From Bacteroidota bacterium (lineage in GTDB: Bacteria; Bacteroidota; Bacteroidia; Cytophagales; Bernardetiaceae): a stretch of 43,963 nucleotides of DNA. Numbering within the stretch: position 1 is the stretch's first letter; the number at the start of each line of letters is the position of its first letter. The DNA lies in NCBI GenBank assembly GCA_052033485.1, contig JBPOJO010000287.1:1-43963 (forward strand). The letters run 5' to 3'. Under the pieces are notes generated by a model. The model ran no database searches, was not told the origin of the DNA, and was given only the letters and a program-made list of their open reading frames with translations. Below are positions 40,417 through 43,963 of this stretch, one piece after another. Made by a program: the position numbers and the translations under genes.

Positions 40417-42147
40417 ATGGCAGTTATCGTGCAACTCCTGAACGGAACAAATCAATGCCGCGATGCCGGTTTTCAAGCTGAAAAAAGCGCCCTTTTAAAT
40501 GAAGGGGTACGAAAAAATTATACAAACGAACTTGCGGTCACCACAAATCAGGTGGCGACTGGAATGTGTTTTGTTGAAGTTACTCGCGATGTTGTGACTC
40601 CAAACGAAACTTTTTTAATTCCAATTTGGGTTACGGCACCGGTAACCGTCAGCACCTCAGGCGATGGATGGATTATTGTCCGGATTGATCAGGATTCTGT
40701 AAATGATGGCTCAGGGAATGCAGCCGATGGAAGCGGAATCGCAACTGTCGAAAAGGTTGCATCTCTGCCATCGACTGACTCGTATTTAATTTTAGCAACG
40801 CTAGCAAGCGGAGCAATAACCGATGCGCGCATATGGGCTCAGATTTCCGAAAGCGTTGTGGATGAGCCGATCTATTATGATGAGGATGCGGTCGGTACAG
40901 ATTCTTATGCTATTTCAATCAGCGGAGTAAAAAAATATATTGATGGTAAAGATTATGCATTTAAAGCTTTAACAACAAACGTTGGAGCCGCTACCTTAAA
41001 TATTAATGCCCTTGGAGCAAAATCAATTCGTAAAAATTTCAATATTGCCCTGGATGATGGTGACATTGCTGCAGGCCAAATCATTATTTGTCGATATGAT
41101 GCGGACAATGACATTATGCAAATGCAAAGCCCCTTAGGGACTACTCCTACTACAATAACCAAAGCAAGCCAAGCAGAAGCTGAGGGTGGCACCGAAAATA
41201 CAAAATATTTAAGTGCATTAAGGACAACGCAGCATTTTGCAAAACACGTTCTTTCTGGTGGTACTGGCGCTGACGGCCCTTTGAGCGTTTCAAGTGGAAT
41301 AACCACAATTGACCTTGCAGGCGCTGCATTTTTAATAAAAAACTATAGTTCAATTGATATTACAGGAACTGGAAAAGTTGTTTTTATAAATCCACACGCA
41401 AACGGAACCTTTGTTATTTTTAGATCGGTTGGAGATGTAACTTTGACCTCAAATCAGGTGCCAATGATTGATGCCTCAGGTCTTGGAGCTGCAGGCGGTT
41501 CTGGAGTAGTGAGCACTGCAAACCTTGCGGGAAATGCCGGGAATTCAAGTAATGCTTATACACACATTAAAAATACAGGTGGCATTGGTGGATTTATTTC
41601 GGGAACTCCAACATCTCCTGGTGATAGAACTGTTGGTGAAGTTGGATCAATTTTTAAACATATTTTTGCACGTTATCCACTTGCGATCCCGGGATCGGGT
41701 GGTGGCTCTGGTGGTATTATTCATTCAAGCGGAGGCGTAAGCATTACATCAGGGGATGGTGGTAGAGGCGGCGGTGCATTTGTTATTGAATGCGGCGGTG
41801 TATGGACTTTTACAACACCTGGCGGAATTTCAGTTGCTGGAAAAGTAGGAACTGCTGCGACTCCTTCAACCGGTTCAGGAAGTTCGACCGGCGGCGGTGG
41901 TGGCGGCGGCGGCGGCGGATTCTTTGGAGGCGTTTATAACAGTTTAGGGTCAAATACTGGAACTGTTAATGTTTCCGGTGGTAGCTTTATTGGGAATACA
42001 CATATAAATGGAGACACTCAAAATCCTTCAGGTGGCGCTGGGCATTCATCTGTTGCACTTGCGACCATTAATGGTTTACCGGCGGGTTACACCATGACGG
42101 CGGCTGACGGTTTAGCAATAATTGGCTCATACACTGATTTCTTTTAA
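40417..42147 (+). CDS. Tail fibre / receptor-binding protein with a glycine-rich C-terminal domain (576 aa)
   Basis: YAISISGVKKYIDGKDYAFKALTTNVGAATLNINALGAKSIRK and ASQAEAEGGTENTKYLSALR are typical fibre blocks (recalled). The C-terminal segments are poly-Gly. Confidence 0.8.
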   Translation: MAVIVQLLNGTNQCRDAGFQAEKSALLNEGVRKNYTNELAVTTNQVATGMCFVEVTRDVVTPNETFLIPIWVTAPVTVSTSGDGWIIVRIDQDSVNDGSGNAADGSGIATVEKVASLPSTDSYLILATLASGAITDARIWAQISESVVDEPIYYDEDAVGTDSYAISISGVKKYIDGKDYAFKALTTNVGAATLNINALGAKSIRKNFNIALDDGDIAAGQIIICRYDADNDIMQMQSPLGTTPTTITKASQAEAEGGTENTKYLSALRTTQHFAKHVLSGGTGADGPLSVSSGITTIDLAGAAFLIKNYSSIDITGTGKVVFINPHANGTFVIFRSVGDVTLTSNQVPMIDASGLGAAGGSGVVSTANLAGNAGNSSNAYTHIKNTGGIGGFISGTPTSPGDRTVGEVGSIFKHIFARYPLAIPGSGGGSGGIIHSSGGVSITSGDGGRGGGAFVIECGGVWTFTTPGGISVAGKVGTAATPSTGSGSSTGGGGGGGGGGFFGGVYNSLGSNTGTVNVSGGSFIGNTHINGDTQNPSGGAGHSSVALATINGLPAGYTMTAADGLAIIGSYTDFF

Positions 42148-42154
42148 TTCTTTT

Positions 42155-42346
42155 ATGGAAAACATAGAGGAAAGAGGAAAAATTGTAATAAAAAAAGAAG
42201 GGAGTATTATAACGGCGGTTCATCCAGAACACGCCCGCTTCAAAATGCAACGCGTGATTCCTAAAAAACTTTTGGATCATGAAATTGATGAAAGAATTGA
42301 GGCAATGAAAGATGAATTACTCAAATTCATAGACTGTATTGTCTAA
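42155..42346 (+). CDS. Hypothetical protein (63 aa, start trimmed to MENIEERG)
   Basis: Internal ATG of track ORF 42122..42346, just after the fibre stop. Confidence 0.5.
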   Translation: MENIEERGKIVIKKEGSIITAVHPEHARFKMQRVIPKKLLDHEIDERIEAMKDELLKFIDCIV

Positions 42347-42369
42347 TTTTATTTTTTAATTTCTTCTTT

Positions 42370-43227
42370 ATGTTAGATGAAGTGAAAGACTTCAAAGGGG
42401 CTTACGATCAGCCGAGCCCAAACGATTTCAAAGCTCAGCACATTTTGGGTGCGCCGTTGGTTTTGGTCCAAAATTTGCCGAAAAAAGTAAACATGAATGA
42501 CCTAGTACCATCGGACAATCAAGGGGCTTCTCTTCACTGTACAGCGTATGGATTGATTCATATTCATAGAATTTTAAATTCAATTGAATTTGCATTGCAA
42601 ATTTCTATGAATCCTGAAGAGCAATGGGAAAATCAATGTAAAATTAGAGGAATTCCGGTTAATTCTTACGTTGGTGACTCACTTCAGAATGCGTTAAATG
42701 CACTTTCAAAATTTGGAGCAAAAAATACTCAAAACGCAAAAGGTCCGAAAGTTTTTGAAATTACCGGCTTTGCGGACATTTCACACGACATAACGACCGC
42801 AAAACAATGGCTTGCCTCAAAAATGCCAATCTACACAGGATGGAAAGACCACTGTTTTGCTTTAGTCGGCTATGATGATGAAAAACAGATTTTCATTGCA
42901 AAAAATTCTTACGGTCCAAAATGGGGTAAAAATGGAGATGGAACTTTCGATGTTTCGTATTCAGATCTGGCAAAATTATTCACGTTCTATATTATTTATG
43001 ATAAATCCGATTTACCTATGATTTTTAAAGACGTTTCCGAAAATTCAGCAATGGCTGCACAAATAAAAAGAATCCGCGACCTTGGACTCATGAAAGGGTA
43101 TGGAGAGAGTGAAAACCCTGAAGAAAGATTTTTCCGTCCGGAACAACAAATTACACGTGCCGAGCAAGCTGTTTTGACATCAAATTTGTTAGATTTACTT
43201 GAAAAGAAATTTGGGGTAAAATTTTAA
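42370..43227 (+). CDS. Papain-like (C1-type) cysteine peptidase with a C-terminal SLH domain (285 aa), putative endolysin
   Basis: Candidate nucleophile region NQGASLHCTAYG. His region HCFALVGYDD and AKNSYGPKWGKNGDG. The C-terminal FKDVSENSAMAAQIKRIRDLGLMKGYG...FRPEQQITRAEQAV fits the S-layer-homology consensus. Confidence 0.7.
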   Translation: MLDEVKDFKGAYDQPSPNDFKAQHILGAPLVLVQNLPKKVNMNDLVPSDNQGASLHCTAYGLIHIHRILNSIEFALQISMNPEEQWENQCKIRGIPVNSYVGDSLQNALNALSKFGAKNTQNAKGPKVFEITGFADISHDITTAKQWLASKMPIYTGWKDHCFALVGYDDEKQIFIAKNSYGPKWGKNGDGTFDVSYSDLAKLFTFYIIYDKSDLPMIFKDVSENSAMAAQIKRIRDLGLMKGYGESENPEERFFRPEQQITRAEQAVLTSNLLDLLEKKFGVKF

Positions 43228-43245
43228 AGCCAGGTTTTACTGACT

Positions 43246-43278
43246 AAAAACGAGACTCCTTATTTGGAGTCTCTTTTT
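43246..43278. terminator. Bidirectional terminator between the convergent lysin and RHH genes
   Basis: 8-bp stem gagactcc / ggagtctc, flanked by an A5 run upstream and a T5 run downstream. Confidence 0.7.
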
Positions 43279-43397
43279 AGTTTTTGCAATGCCGCATCGA
43301 GTAACCACTGTGCCAAAGATTCATTTTCTTTTAAGGATTTTTCAGCAACTTCACGGATTTTTGGAGGAAACCGAAATGAAAATATAGGGCTATTCAT
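43260..43397 (-). CDS. Ribbon-helix-helix (Arc/CopG-like) DNA-binding protein (45 aa), candidate repressor
   Basis: MNSPIFSFRFPPKIREVAEKSLKENESLAQWLLDAALQKLKRDSK has a beta-strand then two helices. The start is trimmed from track ORF 43260..43448. Confidence 0.6.
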   Translation of the reverse strand: MNSPIFSFRFPPKIREVAEKSLKENESLAQWLLDAALQKLKRDSK

Positions 43398-43525
43398 TGA
43401 GATAAAGAGAAAAGGGATAATATTGCTAAAATGAGAAACGCAAACCATATAAGGCCACTACCTGAATCCATCGAGGATATTTTTTGAGTCTGTTTAATTT
43501 CCATAAAAGCATAGAAAGTTAAAAA

Positions 43526-43738
43526 TTAAATTTTTTGATGTTCATGTTTTCCCGCAAATTCGGGGTAATCCTCCATATCAGTAATCCTTTTTTCCAGTTC
43601 TTTGATTGATTCTTCACTGACAAGAGGGGTTTGTTTTTGCGTATAAACGATTGCTAAAAGGTTTCTAAGTTCGGCAAGCCTCATGTTGGCATTATTGATC
43701 ATTCTAACCGTGCGCAATTCAAGTTGTGGTATTCCCAT
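43526..43738 (-). CDS. Hypothetical protein (70 aa)
   Basis: ORF track, in the leftward operon. Confidence 0.6.
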   Translation of the reverse strand: MGIPQLELRTVRMINNANMRLAELRNLLAIVYTQKQTPLVSEESIKELEKRITDMEDYPEFAGKHEHQKI

Positions 43739-43763
43739 ATAATACGGAAAATTAAAGAGTTGT

Positions 43764-43919
43764 TTATTTTTGAGATTCTTCTTTGTGATACTGTTTTGCG
43801 TCTTTAAGGCTTCCTGAACAATTTATGCATATCTTTGTGCTGTACCAGTTGTTTTCGCCGCAAATGCAATCCGGGAGCCTTAGCTTTGCTTGTTTCTTGT
43901 GATAGTCAGTTATTAGCAT
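43764..43919 (-). CDS. Small zinc-ribbon protein (51 aa) spanning the closure repeat
   Basis: Hand translation: MLITDYHKKQAKLRLPDCICGENNWYSTKICINCSGSLKDAKQYHKEESQK. Its first 83 nt are duplicated at 1..83. Confidence 0.45.
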   Translation of the reverse strand: MLITDYHKKQAKLRLPDCICGENNWYSTKICINCSGSLKDAKQYHKEESQK

Positions 43920-43963
43920 GATGTTCAAGTAAAAAAATAAGATTAGAAATAAAATTTGATTTA
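43837..43963. repeat. Terminal direct repeat copy 2 (identical to 1..127)
   Basis: Exact 127-nt identity read by eye. Confidence 0.9.

Noticed and set aside
40417-42147. A diversity-generating retroelement targeting the fibre or the 18272..19444 protein
   Set aside because: No reverse transcriptase ORF and no template/variable repeat pair could be found anywhere in the window.

Overview
The window is a complete, circularly closed genome of an AT-rich siphovirus-like dsDNA phage. Bases 1-127 are identical to 43837-43963, so the unique length is 43,836 bp. Almost all genes are on the + strand.

Gene order:
- 0.4-4.4 kb: a divergent regulatory switch, then an early block of many tiny Cys-rich (zinc-ribbon) ORFs joined by ATGA overlaps.
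- 4.4-18.2 kb: DNA modification, recombination and replication. This block holds a C5-cytosine MTase, a VRR-NUC nuclease, RecT, a PD-(D/E)xK nuclease fused to an FtsK-type translocase, and a lipoprotein. It continues with an excisionase-type HTH protein, a replisome-organizer-like gene containing iterons, a ParB-DPPY MTase, DUF3850, a DnaQ-like exonuclease, a zinc-finger/HTH TerS candidate and a peptide deformylase.
- 18.3-43.2 kb: the virion and lysis module. This holds TerL, portal, Mu-F-like protein, scaffold, HK97-fold MCP, connector proteins, major tail protein, chaperone and a 1403-aa tape measure. It continues with Dit, Tal, a Gly-rich fibre and a papain-like lysin with an SLH domain.
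- A four-gene leftward operon, including an RHH repressor candidate, crosses the closure point.

I found no integrase, transposase, reverse transcriptase, tRNA, rRNA or CRISPR array.

Most notable observations:
1. A 166-codon +1-frame ORF lies wholly inside the C5-MTase gene, and its translation looks like a real MTase-associated protein family (dual-coding or recoding candidate).
2. A single-chain RecB-like nuclease + FtsK motor sits next to RecT.
3. A G+C-rich, fully nested multi-helix candidate ncRNA of about 170 nt lies at 9.6-9.8 kb.
4. An iteron/hexamer array inside the replication gene is duplicated in a 560-bp non-coding island in the middle of the head module.
5. A strongly G+C-rich two-gene depolymerase cassette is inserted between head and connector genes.

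Functional calls rest on motifs read by eye and recalled family signatures. No database search was possible.
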